This document shows, in pieces, positions 39,167 to 50,736 of a DNA stretch of 64,000 nt. The stretch is taken from the NCBI GenBank assembly GCA_965285935.1, contig OZ260663.1, positions 22,444,001 through 22,508,000 of the forward strand. Direction: 5' to 3'. Made by a program: the position numbers and the translations under genes. This DNA comes from Ophelia neglecta. Its lineage: Eukaryota. The notes under the pieces are model-generated. The model saw only the letters and a program-made list of their open reading frames with translations, did no database searches and was not told where the DNA came from. Each line of letters begins with the position of its first letter. Within the stretch, counting starts at the first letter, position 1.

Positions 39167-42100
39167 TGGGAGGGAGAAGGGGGGGGGGAGGGGGGAAGGG
39201 AGGGAGAGGGTCTAATGGAAGAGCAGAGACAGTCTGCAGATCTTAACCAACAATGACTCCTGATGCAAAGTGCACAAATTAATAATTAACCCCTTGGCTG
39301 TACAGATGTCATACTTAACATACGTAGTACAATCCAGTGAAAGCAGATTTTTATTAAGGTAGTCAATCTCAATCTTAATAGGTCTACAACTATTAATTTA
39401 TAAATTATTCAACAATCACTATCAATTTGTAATCAGATTTTTTAATGAGGTATTGATCTCCAGCTAATTAATTTGTAACCATTAATTGATCAACTTGTTG
39501 AGAATCGAGCGCCATTTGCTGTCAGAGTTTCATCATCAGTAGACATTGGCCAATACGGCTCAGGATACCGTCATGTTTTAACCACCTGACATTTTTTTTG
39601 GTGACATAGTGGTGGCCGCAGATCGTTATTCACCATTCCATCATTCGGAGACTGTTAGTTCTCACAGGTCGTGAATGGCCACGGAATAGCTACGACTCCA
39701 TCAGGGGTACATAATGCAGTCACTACATTGTCTGACGGACAATGGGGCCCATTCAACGCCTGTCCAATGCTTTATTGTACACGATGCTTCAAGCGTAAAA
39801 GTCAAAGATGGTTAGCAACTTGCCTCTTACAGAAAAGCCACAAAAACGCCATCAGTCGCTGAATATGGGCTAAAGTCGAGGGCAATTTGAACGGCAAACA
39901 TTATTGTATCTAGCGCTTAAAGGACCTGTAACGTCTCAACATGACAATACTACTCAAGTGGGACCATTGTCACACTGTTGATATAAGCCGGTTGTATACA
40001 CACAGCTGTACATCTTGCTCTCTATACAGTGTTTTATTAATGACTTGTGTACATTAAACACATGTACATCGCCAATATATACAGTATGTGTAAGGATATA
40101 GATGCATCAGAGAGACTAAATATTTGATTTCTATATAACATTTAGTTTATATTATTGAGAGAGGAATACACTTATCAGTGGCTGTGTACAGGCCTACCTA
40201 CACAGCTTAAATTGACCTTGTTCACATAACAATTGCAAAAGCATAACAGTTATCAGCTGATATACAACTTTAGAGGACCATGTCCTAAACATGATTTGTG
40301 GACGCTTTATATTCAAAAGACAAGTCCATGTAGAACTAAATGATATATTCTGGGTGACTGAAACCAAACAAATCAATAAGGCACATGACCCTTAATGCGG
40401 TAGTCCCGGTCCAGAGAGGGTCACGAGAGGGTCACTCCTTAAAAAGTAACTCAGTGAAGGTCTTTACTGGTCACCTGCCTACCAGCGAGCTAACACAACG
40501 AATCAAGGTGTGACCCATTCATCATGCTGACCCGGGTCACCAAGTATTGCATCTAATACAGTACTCAAAATTATATTATCCAAGGCCAATCCTTCATCTA
40601 GAATGACCCGCCTTTAGTATTATATACATATTATATACACCTGTGTACACTACTATACAACTGGTGTACACTGTACCTACACAATAACACAAGCTGTACA
40701 ATGTACAACATACCCTTCAGAGCTATTTTCTCTGAAAGCTGTGATACCCAATACCATGGCATGGTTCATAGGAATAAGTGGTGTCCTTATAGACATTCAA
40801 AACCAACTGTCGCCAGCGCTAGTCGCCAGTGTTAGTCAAACAAACGACACAAACGTCCAAACCGGCACCACCACCGGCACCCTGGCATTATCCTATTGAA
40901 GCGTTCCTCCTATTGATTCCACCTCAACAATAGCCAACAGACCTTGGCGACACAGCTTTTGTGCTTGGCTAGCCTAATGATTTTGTCTGTCACCTCTGTA
41001 CGATTAGAATCAGACCAAATTAGAATGGCTAACTGGTGGCCAGACTCCCTGGCGGTTGTGATAATCCCCCCAGCTATGCCTCTGCAGACGTTCAACAACC
41101 TGATATTTGCGCTATCTGTCTCTGCGGAAATTGGCGCCAGGTCCTTTGGGTGCCAGATCATGCTGGGACTTTGTTAAATTTTGCCAATATCTGTGATGCA
41201 CATGTCAGGAGATAAAGAGCTTTATGCCGTGCTGATTCTAGATTAATTAATAGTGATTTAATGCACAGTTACACACTGTTCAACAACAGGTCATATCAAT
41301 AAGGTTGCTCGGATAAATGACAAGCATTTGGCAAAAAAATGATGCATAAAAAAACATTTACTGCGTTTATTCAGTGCATACAGATGCAACACAATGCACG
41401 GATCCCCCCCCCCCAACCCCCAATCGGCTGAAAGTAATAATCAACAGATCCCTCTTACCCATCCTTCTTCACAACTCACAACACACCAATGTGAGTGTAG
41501 AATGTTTGGGAATTCACCCAGTACTTTCAGAAGCTGTGAAATGTCTCAAGCTAGCAATATATTACAGCAATCTCAGCAGGAGATACTGGCTATTTACCAA
41601 AGGGTGGGTTTTGTCCGTTTTTTTCAGGTGTGGGGTCTTGTTTACTATTGCCAGACTAGGGTATTGGCTAAGAGACCTAGGCCCTGGTAACATGGCCATT
41701 TTGGAAAGAAACAAATATGCTGGGATATCAAAACACAGTATTATGAGCGGCTGACTGGTGACCCACTGCCCTGTGGGTTCAGGGCGGTTTAGATAGTTTG
41801 GGAGATCAGTGTGTTCCCACAGGGCATGTTTGCCAGTTATGCCAGTGAGGTACTGCTCTGCCGAGATCCCCGTTGAGACCTGACTGGGCACTGGGAGATA
41901 AGGTAGGACTTCACCGCTGGGATATGGCAACCCTACTCCCAACACACAGATAAGACAGGAATTCCCCTTCTCAGGCTAGGAGGGGACGGATCAAGGGGGA
42001 GGAGGACCCTCCTGCTCTGTCTAACACTGCTGTCGGCAAGCAGTCTATTGTGCAGCTACAATTCAGATGCTGATTTAGGAAAAATTAAGTCCATTCCTCC

Positions 42101-42394
42101 TGTTTGTCCAGGTTTGAGCCTAGCAGAGCTAACACGAGGGTCACACAGAGCCTACAGGGGGCGACACCCACCAGGGATCACATACTTCCAGCCCACCCAT
42201 GGAGTTTATTAAAAAAAAAAGATAATCCAAGTACACCGTTGACAATAAAACTATTGTTGAATGAAAACAGTGAGTACTACTTGCCAGCACATCGTAGAGG
42301 CAGACAGCTGAGCAAGGGTCTGATATAGATGATTATTTTCAGAACATTGTCTTTCTAGAGCATTGATGGATCCAGGCGGGTAGTCAGGTCTACT

Positions 42395-42870
42395 ACTTTC
42401 CTCGTTCTCTCTTCCTCCTCTTGTTATGTTGGCTTGGTCTGTCTGGTCCTATTCGTACCCCTCCCTCTGGTTCTAATCTCACCCCATTACCTACCTCTCC
42501 CCATCCAGTAACTCCACCCCTTCCCTTACTCTCTCCACTCTCCCACTTCCCTCTTGCTCCATATCTGCCTTGTATCTCCCCTTTCCTTTTCACTCTCACA
42601 CCCCTCTTGTTTTTCCTCCCACCCCAGTCCCCCTCTTTCCCCTCTCTCCCGCTTCCCCCTGGTTCTCCTCCCACCCCAGTCCCCCCCCCTCCCCTCTCCT
42701 CCTAGTTCTCATCCTGCCCAGTCCCCCTCCCCCCCCCCTCCCTCTGGTTCTCCTCGACCCCCAGTCCTCCCCTCCCCCTCCCCCTAGTTCTTATCCTGTC
42801 CCAGTCCCCCCCCCCCTCCCCTCTTTTCCCCTCCCCTCTGGCCCTCCTAGATCCACCTCCTTCTCAGCTT
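42395..42870 (+). repeat. Polypyrimidine/C-rich low-complexity tract with internal CCCCAGTCCCCC repeats (G-rich on the transcribed strand)
   Basis: Directly visible; source of the Pro/Ser- and Gly-rich ORFs. Confidence 0.9.
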
Positions 42871-45368
42871 ACTATCTGGCCCTCTATCATGTTGCCAAAA
42901 CTCCGCCAGCATCTTGGCAGCCCAGTCTACAACCCAGCCTCAATCCTATCTCAAACTAGCACACTAACTATTGCCGCTGCCGCTATCAGAACATGTCTCA
43001 GAGTTGTTGTGGTAATCTTGATCCTTTTTGTTTTAACTCAGTAATCCCCACCCAGGAACATTTCGGTGATAATTTCCTGGTCGGAACGTGCGACCAAGCA
43101 GGTAATGTCGGGCAGAAAAAAGCCGCCCGGGTGTTCTTGGCGGTTGGGCAAACAGTGGAAATACATGGCTTGTCGATTGGCAGCGCTCTGGTGGTCCAGC
43201 CTATCACAAACAGTGTCAAGAACTTACACAGTATTTGGGTTGAAGACAAAATTCAAAAGCAGAACAGACTTCAATATATGAAAATAACTTGAAGTGGTAA
43301 AAAACACAAAGATAAAGAGAAATGCCTTAAGGCCTAAATATTACCTAAAATATAGCTGTGATTATGAAGTATAGAATCTTCCCACAGCCTTTCACAATGT
43401 ATTGTTCACATTGCGGGGAGGGAGGCAGCCTGGAGATAAGGCAGTACTGCACTTGGTAGTCTTAAAACACTGTAAATCAAAAAAATTTGCGAGGCAAAAA
43501 TTTCTCAAATTTCCCGATTTATCTGAAATTCTTGTTAATATCCTGATCGCTATGATTTCTTTGATGAACTTCACCTGTAATTTCATACTCAACTGACAAT
43601 ATGACAAGTCGACCATACATATACATCTCAGCGATGGGGTGGCGGTAGGATGGTGAAGTCTTGCTGGTGGGGAGTCCTGGCGATGGTTTAACTTAACTTA
43701 TATAATAACACAAGTTCTGCTGGTGATTCACTATTTATTGTTGGAGAACATGATCTGTTGTACCGTCGTGTGCATCCGGCTTTACATATAAATGTTGCTA
43801 CCTTATATACAGCAAGGTGTACTAGCTGACCAGCAACAAGATGAACATCACAAGCTGACACAAGCAAAAGATATAATAGTATATTACAAACAATTAGTAA
43901 GGGCCTGCCCCTTTAGTTGAAAGCTGTTATAAACAATGGGGTTAATTGGTGGAGTTAATATATATGATACAATAGCCGTTCAAACTTGTACACGTGGCTT
44001 AAGCCTATACATGAATTATATACATTGTAGTTAAAATGTTGATAATAATTAAACAAGCCATGTCACCTCTGTGACATATATATGATACCTCAAATTTTCC
44101 TGCTGCCCAAAACTTGTTGCATTTCAGTAGTCAAGCAGTCCAGACAGGGTCTAGATCTGATGAAGTACTGTACATTAAAAACTCCCTAGCCCAGCTTCTC
44201 AGACAATGGAAAGTGGCCAACCTATATAGTCCTTCTATTACAAAACAATGTTAGCTCCCTTGTCTGCCAACTAGGAGAAGAAAACCCGAAAAACGCTGTT
44301 TAAGTTTATGAGCCTGGCTGTGATAACGCGCCTTCAGGTTTGGTGGTGGCCCAATTGCCCAGAGGAATTGTTATCAATGACTGTACGCACACACAAGGAA
44401 ATGTTTTCGTAAAGTTCTGTTCTTTAAGTCCGACGTGTTGAAAACGTTGTGTTATTTCCACGAAAAAATGGTGTCAATGTAGACATGCATCATGTCGAGA
44501 TTAGGCTACATGCATATTGGACTTACTGCGAAGAAAAGGGCTTTCCAGTACGGTCTGAACTTGGGGGTCAAATTCAATGACGATAAATTGCAATTTCATT
44601 ACACCCATCATCATTTCAACATTGTCCACTGTCGTCAATAATAAATTAAAAGTAGAAATAAATCCTTTTGTCTTACTCATAAAAATGAGCTAAAATGCCT
44701 GTTTAATGGTCCATTGCTACCATCATCTACTAATTTGGTGAAACAGCCATTTTGTATCATGGTAACACAGTGTAAGCATAGAGGATGATCCCCCCCCCCC
44801 CCCCCCCCCGTTATCACTAGGCTCTGATTTTTATCATGAATTTCTCCGAATAAGACTACATGGTTGGAGGAGAATGACACTATTTTCCACTTCTATCAGT
44901 GAGCTGAGGTCAAGGGTCAATTGACCCTAGAAGTACAAGGGATGTGGGAGATTCCATGGGTTTGTCCCAAGCAAAGGACCAACACATTCCTTAATTTATC
45001 ACTTTTGCAGTGTACCATTCTTTTGGTGACCAGATCTATCATAGTATACCGTTTGATACATAGGAAAACACATAAATTAACCATCAATACCTATCTGGAT
45101 ATTTAAGGAATAATTCATATTAGTACTGAAAATACTCTCTCCATATATGGCCTGTATCATTAGGTAGGGCTACAGTGCTGAGTTGAAAATGTACACACTT
45201 GTATGTTTTCCTGAATTGGCTCCATAACTGTTAAAAGTACAGGAAAGATGGCCAATGAAATCCCCACTGGTGATGAATGATGGAGCAGTGAGAAACATGT
45301 ACATAACTAAAAATAAGTAAAATAACTGTGGCAGGGGCTTTCAAATTACCACCTCCCACCCCACACTT

Positions 45369-45422
45369 CAGGGGCCCATGCCCCACACGTCAGGGGCCCA
45401 TGCCCCACACTCCAGGGGCCCC
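45369..45422 (+). repeat. ~22-bp tandem repeat CAGGGGCCCATGCCCCACAC, ~2.5 copies
   Basis: Directly visible. Confidence 0.8.
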
Positions 45423-47153
45423 TGGCTCCAGGCGGAGTTTGTGAATTGAACTGCGGGGCCAATCTGATTGCAGCAATAAGTCACAAAGTGCACACAGGTA
45501 CACAAGGAGGGGATACGGTACTGCCATTGCAGACAAAAAACAAGTGCTGACTTCATAGTTGATAATCATAATTAATAAGGCGTTAATTCTGAAAACACAG
45601 TTCCGCACCCAGAAGCCCTCGATGAACTGAGGAATTAGTTACCAGTTCATTACCACCGTACGGCTCATGTGAGCCCTGCCCCCGTAAACGAATTCAATAA
45701 ACTAAGAACTCAATACACTACTAACGTCAATGGCAGCTGTTACCTTGAGGCAAGGCACATTACAAAGAATGTCTGAAAATAAATGATCCCTTAAAACCTC
45801 CAATACAAACAGCACAACGCGTTGTTGAAAGCCAAATGACGTTTCTATTGACTCCAGGTTAATTCATACTCCGCACACCTTTCTAGGACATTGTTCATTG
45901 ACTTAAGACCAATGGCACCAGGTTTCAACCTAATATCTCAATTATAGATCAGATATTAACATTTTGATATTGATCTCTCTAAAAATGCCTGGTCAAGCCA
46001 GTAGCCTACCAGTACCTGGAGGCTAAGTGGTACACTGTCTGCTTCCATCATACACCGCAAGCTGCCGGTACTGCCATTAATGAGTGGTGACACATTGTGC
46101 AGCCCTACTAATTAATCTGCTGCGTTTCAATAATCAGCTATTATAGGAAAGTGAAAATCATTGGGTCCTCTTTATTGCAAAATTTTTTAAGAGTAAATAA
46201 ATAAGGCTAAAGACTCTAAATCTTTTCACTACATTATATTTTAATGTATTGGTACATGAGTAATATCTCCTAATGAGCTCCGTGTATGAAAGGAGGGCAC
46301 TTCCTACACTAAACACTCGGTAAAACAGCGACAGGCCACCTGCAGCTTTAAGAAAAAAATAGAAGCAAATATATAATAATAGTGCAAAATAAACGTTAAC
46401 CAGTTTGCCAAACAACTACAACCAATCATCGGTTGGTTTAGGTCAACCAATTATCGATTGTGATTGTGCAACAAACTGCCAACCCTGCCGTCAACTGTCG
46501 ATGAAAGTTCATTGAAAATTCACAGATGGTCCTATAAATTATAATCGTATGCTGAGTTATTCAGAAAGCCCTTCTCAGCTCCACACAAGTCATAATGAGA
46601 ATACTGATTTCCATATTAATCCATCATTTGACGGAAGTATCTGGTCAAACGTGTTTACCTGCCAGTAGTATAGGTTTACCAACGGCTTACAATGTTGACA
46701 AATTGAAATTGGAGACAGGTAAAAGCCACAATAAGACATCTTTAGGGTGGTTAACAGCTACCCGATACAGCCTGATAGATGGGGCTTAAAGCCCTCGGCC
46801 ACGACTCAGGCATGTACTTCACCACTGGTCAAATTGTGAAACAATAGTCGAGGAAGTCCTGTGGAGTTTGACACTGCTAGTGACTACAGTTGTCAGTTTT
46901 AAGTATGTCAGCTGCTGACACCTTATCCACCATGATGGGTGTTAAATCTGCTACAGAGGTACTGGACACCCTCATCGGAGCCTTTTGACTTCTGGAGGGC
47001 TAGACACTTCCCGCCCTAATCCTTCTCAAGTCTCTCTTGCCTGTACTCCGCAGCACAGTCCATGCCCTTCATGAAAGATCTTAGCCCAATCTCTGTACAG
47101 CTTCCCACTTCACAATTTTAGAGGGGGGCTGCAGATCATAGTTTAACTCGGAG

Positions 47154-47248
47154 CCCTCTTGAAGTTGGCCCTCCTCCTTGGGTTACCCTCTTTGGCCAGT
47201 GCCAGTAGTCAAAAAGGCTGACCCATGGGGATGGGGGTCAAACTTAAG
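47154..47248. mobile_element. Shorter relative of the 17036-17221 foldback element
   Basis: cttgaagttggccctcctccttgggttaccctctttggccag aligns to cttgaaactgaccctcctttccataggttgccctctttggccag; ends in inverted gggggtcaaacttaag. Confidence 0.55.
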
Positions 47249-49666
47249 TTGATTAAAATGAGAATTATGATCCAGCGTTGCTATCAACTTACCAATCGCA
47301 TTAAATTCAATGACTATGGGCTGCACCACTACGAAAGTTTCTTATAACAAAACCAGCACCACTGGCGACCTTGGCCTAGTAGTACAGCAGAAGACACTCA
47401 CAGCCATACCAGTTTACCTCAAGCGACACTTAGACATAAATGGGGCACAACTCACCACAAATAAAGTTAAAAGTTGTCATAAACAGCACCATTGTGCGCC
47501 CGGATATTTGAAAAATAAATAGGAAAGTAGGTGTAGAATGACAAGTCTATGCTCAACTGTGTAAGCTTGAATCTTCTTGTTGTTTTTTCATATATGGGAC
47601 ACACATCAAATGTTTATTTGATGTTAAGCACAATGGCTAGATGAGCTAACCACTTCTTCCAATGATAACAAGTTTAATGACATCAACCTCCGTCTGCCTT
47701 GTTGCATTACCGAGGTAAATGTGAAGGCTGCCGGTAGAGAAGTAATAATAAAGACAACTCATTATATTTGAAATTGTATTTAGGCAGTAATAAACTACTG
47801 AGGGTATTTACAGAATATATTTGGAAAGAATACTTCAGTTTGAGTGTTAACATCCACACACACAATGGAAGAGTTATTTGGTATGTACTGTACACATACT
47901 GTACACATAAATCTTAAATGTAAATTCCAACAAAGATGCCCATTTGTCACAAAATGACAAGTGGGAAGATAGTGATCTTTCCAAGTTAGAGGTAGCCTCA
48001 TGAGTAATGGCAAGAGGCCATCGGCAACATGACATGGCAGGCTAGCTTTTCTCACGCAGGGACCCAGCGCACAACTGTCCTGCATGGTGGCCCACAAAAA
48101 CACTCTCTCACATCATTGTTGGGCCCTAAGGAGGAGGAGGAGGGGGGGGGGGGGATTCTGCTTCTTCTGTCACCAACTTACATAAAACAGCCTCTCAAAT
48201 CTTCTAAGTATCCAATACTCTTACTTAATGGCCTCCCCCCCCCTCCCCCCCCCCACTCCCCCCTGTTAGAACTCCTGAAAGTGCTCCTGGCAACCCCTCA
48301 GTCTAGTCCATGTTCTGTCGATGCCTGACGTCAAACACCGATCCATGTGAGATTTCCAGAACGTTTCAGCCCAAGGGGGGACTGTCTTTATTGTCAATCT
48401 ATAGCCAGCCAACTCATCAGACACTATTTTTGTCTCCTTAGTATTTTATAGAGTTTCTAAGTAATGTACTGAACCTTTGCAAGTTTTATGTCATAAAAAT
48501 ATACCTAGATATTATTACCAATACATAATCATTAATATGGAGACTTCTGCACTCCATGGCAGGTATGGCATTGCCATTAAATATGGCGAGGTCCATTTAT
48601 AGCTGAAAATGTAATGAGCTAAAGGCAAATGCATACATTATATTTGAAAACAATAATGTTGAATGCCTGTAGGACATGGAGAGTTCAAGCTTTAAAATGA
48701 CTAGCCAGGGAATATCACGCTGGGCAGACAGTAGCCTCCCCAGACTCCTTGTCAGGGGGGACACAATCCTCTTAACTGTTAACACAGTATAGAAAGAAGG
48801 GGGAATACTACTTCCCCCTCCTCCCCCCCCCCCCCCACTCCTTTATTAGACACGGTAATGGCATCATCAGCCTTTGCTTTAATGCCTGATTCCAAGGACA
48901 CATGTGATTGTATGTCTCCACGCCACAGGCACAGACATGAATAAACTAACTCATCTGTGAATGAGTTATTATAGGTGAGGATTACTACCAAGGAGCACTG
49001 ACATTATAAATAATATACATCAGGGTACAGGCTGAAAACAATACCCACTATATCCCGCACCATGCAAGAACATGTACCTGTGGAAATATATGCCCGAGTA
49101 TACAACATACATGTACATCACAGTACAATGACTACCACCAATCATAAGACTTTAATATCATATATAAATAAGTTTATCTAGTCAGTTATTATTATCACAG
49201 GAAGGCCTGTACCTGTATTTTACCAAATGAAGACCCTTGCTGCACATGGTTATTCCAATTATATGTACAGGGTATACCTGAACATTTGCCTTCTAGATAA
49301 GTCCCCAACGTTCCTCCCTTCCCAGTGAAATTCAGTTTCAATACAGGGGTCCAACCCCACCCCACTCACATGTCTCCTTCAAGGGTCCCCCCCCCCCTCC
49401 CTAAATCGGTGCAGGTTCTATTGGTTTTGGTAACACAGCCAGTAGTCATGCAGAATGGCCAATAGGTCCAGATCCAATCCTCAGGGTACCAGCCTATCTA
49501 GTCACAAGCAGCCAGAGAGAGGTCACCATATGACCCTGGGGGCACCAGCCTATCTAGTCACAGGCAGACGGCGGCTCCAGTGGAAGGCGTTATCACCGGA
49601 GAACATCTCCGTATCAGCCCCTTAAATCACCACCGGTCTTTACCTTTGTACCCTGCCTCACTTACC

Positions 49667-49768
49667 TACCTCACCCGGCCTACACAGCCCGCTACACATA
49701 TATCCTGACCAACATCGTACCTCACCCGGCCTACACAGCCCGCTACACATATATCCTGACCAACATCG
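49667..49768 (+). repeat. Perfect 51-bp tandem duplication
   Basis: tacctcacccggcctacacagcccgctacacatatatcctgaccaacatcg twice (49667, 49718). Confidence 0.95.
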
Positions 49769-49934
49769 GCTGACAACAGTTCACCTTGTATAAGTACAAT
49801 GATATGCTGAGAGGCTAGGTGTGTATAATTATATCACAGTAACCTGGCAGACAGTTTTCAGTCATTCACTTCCTACCATAAATGAACATATATAACCACT
49901 AGCTTTACTTAGGCCAGCTTAATGCCTTGCAATT

Positions 49935-50736
49935 GGAGGTCTGAATCTACCCCCTACAAGAACAGACCACGTATTTGATGTATTTGTGATAAAAATTATG
50001 CATTCTAATAAATATAGTTTCGCAATCTTACACAGTCGTTTCTCTCATCAGAACAACCCTTGAGACATTTAAATAACAATTTGTTTTTAAAGTGGGGTTA
50101 GATGGGTCAGGGGGCTGTTTGTGTATTGGCAAGGTGTCTGTAGTCTCAGGCACCGGCTCAATGGCAACTTTGGGGCTGTTTATGTATTGGCAGTTGTCAC
50201 CTTGTTACAACAAGGTTGATCACAGGGCAGGGTGTCTGGGCTTGGTGGGGTCCAGCCCAGGAAGTTTTCACGCTTGGAGCCAACCTGTCTAGGGACTGAA
50301 CAAACAGGATGTTGGTATGTTCACCCCTGTGCTGTCCCAGTCACTTGACCGCCAGCTAGCAGAGGAGCCACATCAGCTGAGCTCCTCATCTGTAAAATAA
50401 ATTCCCTCCTCCTCCACTCCTCCTGCTCCACACGCTCATCTCCTGGTGTAATACTATGTCTTGGTCACCTGCTTAAACTGTGAAAATAATAGCTCAGACA
50501 GTCGATTGGCTAGTGTGTATTAATTTAAAACTGTCAAAGACATTATAACAAGAAGGACAATTTACATATTGTGTGCATGGACTACTAGCAGATGAAAAAA
50601 TGTTGTGATTAATCAATGTTATGAATGAAATGTTGTGATTAATTAATGTTATGAATTAAATGGACTTTTAATTAATATTAGGAGGTCTGAATCTACCCCC
50701 TACAAGAACAGACCACATATTTGATGTATTTGTGAT
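49935..50736 (+). repeat. Pair of 56-bp direct repeats (49935-49990, 50681-50736; 1 mismatch) flanking ~690 bp
   Basis: ggaggtctgaatctaccccctacaagaacagaccacRtatttgatgtatttgtgat at both positions. Confidence 0.92.
50276..50290 (+). promoter_or_regulatory. BMP-Smad composite element GGAGCC-N5-GTCT
   Basis: GC-rich SBE GGAGCC spaced 5 bp from GTCT. Confidence 0.4.

Noticed and set aside
41562-41975. 127-aa minus-strand ORF with an upstream ctag acceptor
   Set aside because: No similarity to the Smad linker (no PPxY or ETGG), wrong phase and no good donor.
49660-49770. Strong minus-strand donor AG|GTAAGT with an in-phase ATG (MCSGLCRPGEV)
   Set aside because: It lies inside a recent perfect 51-bp duplication; treated as chance and used as a caveat for the 38229 micro-exon.
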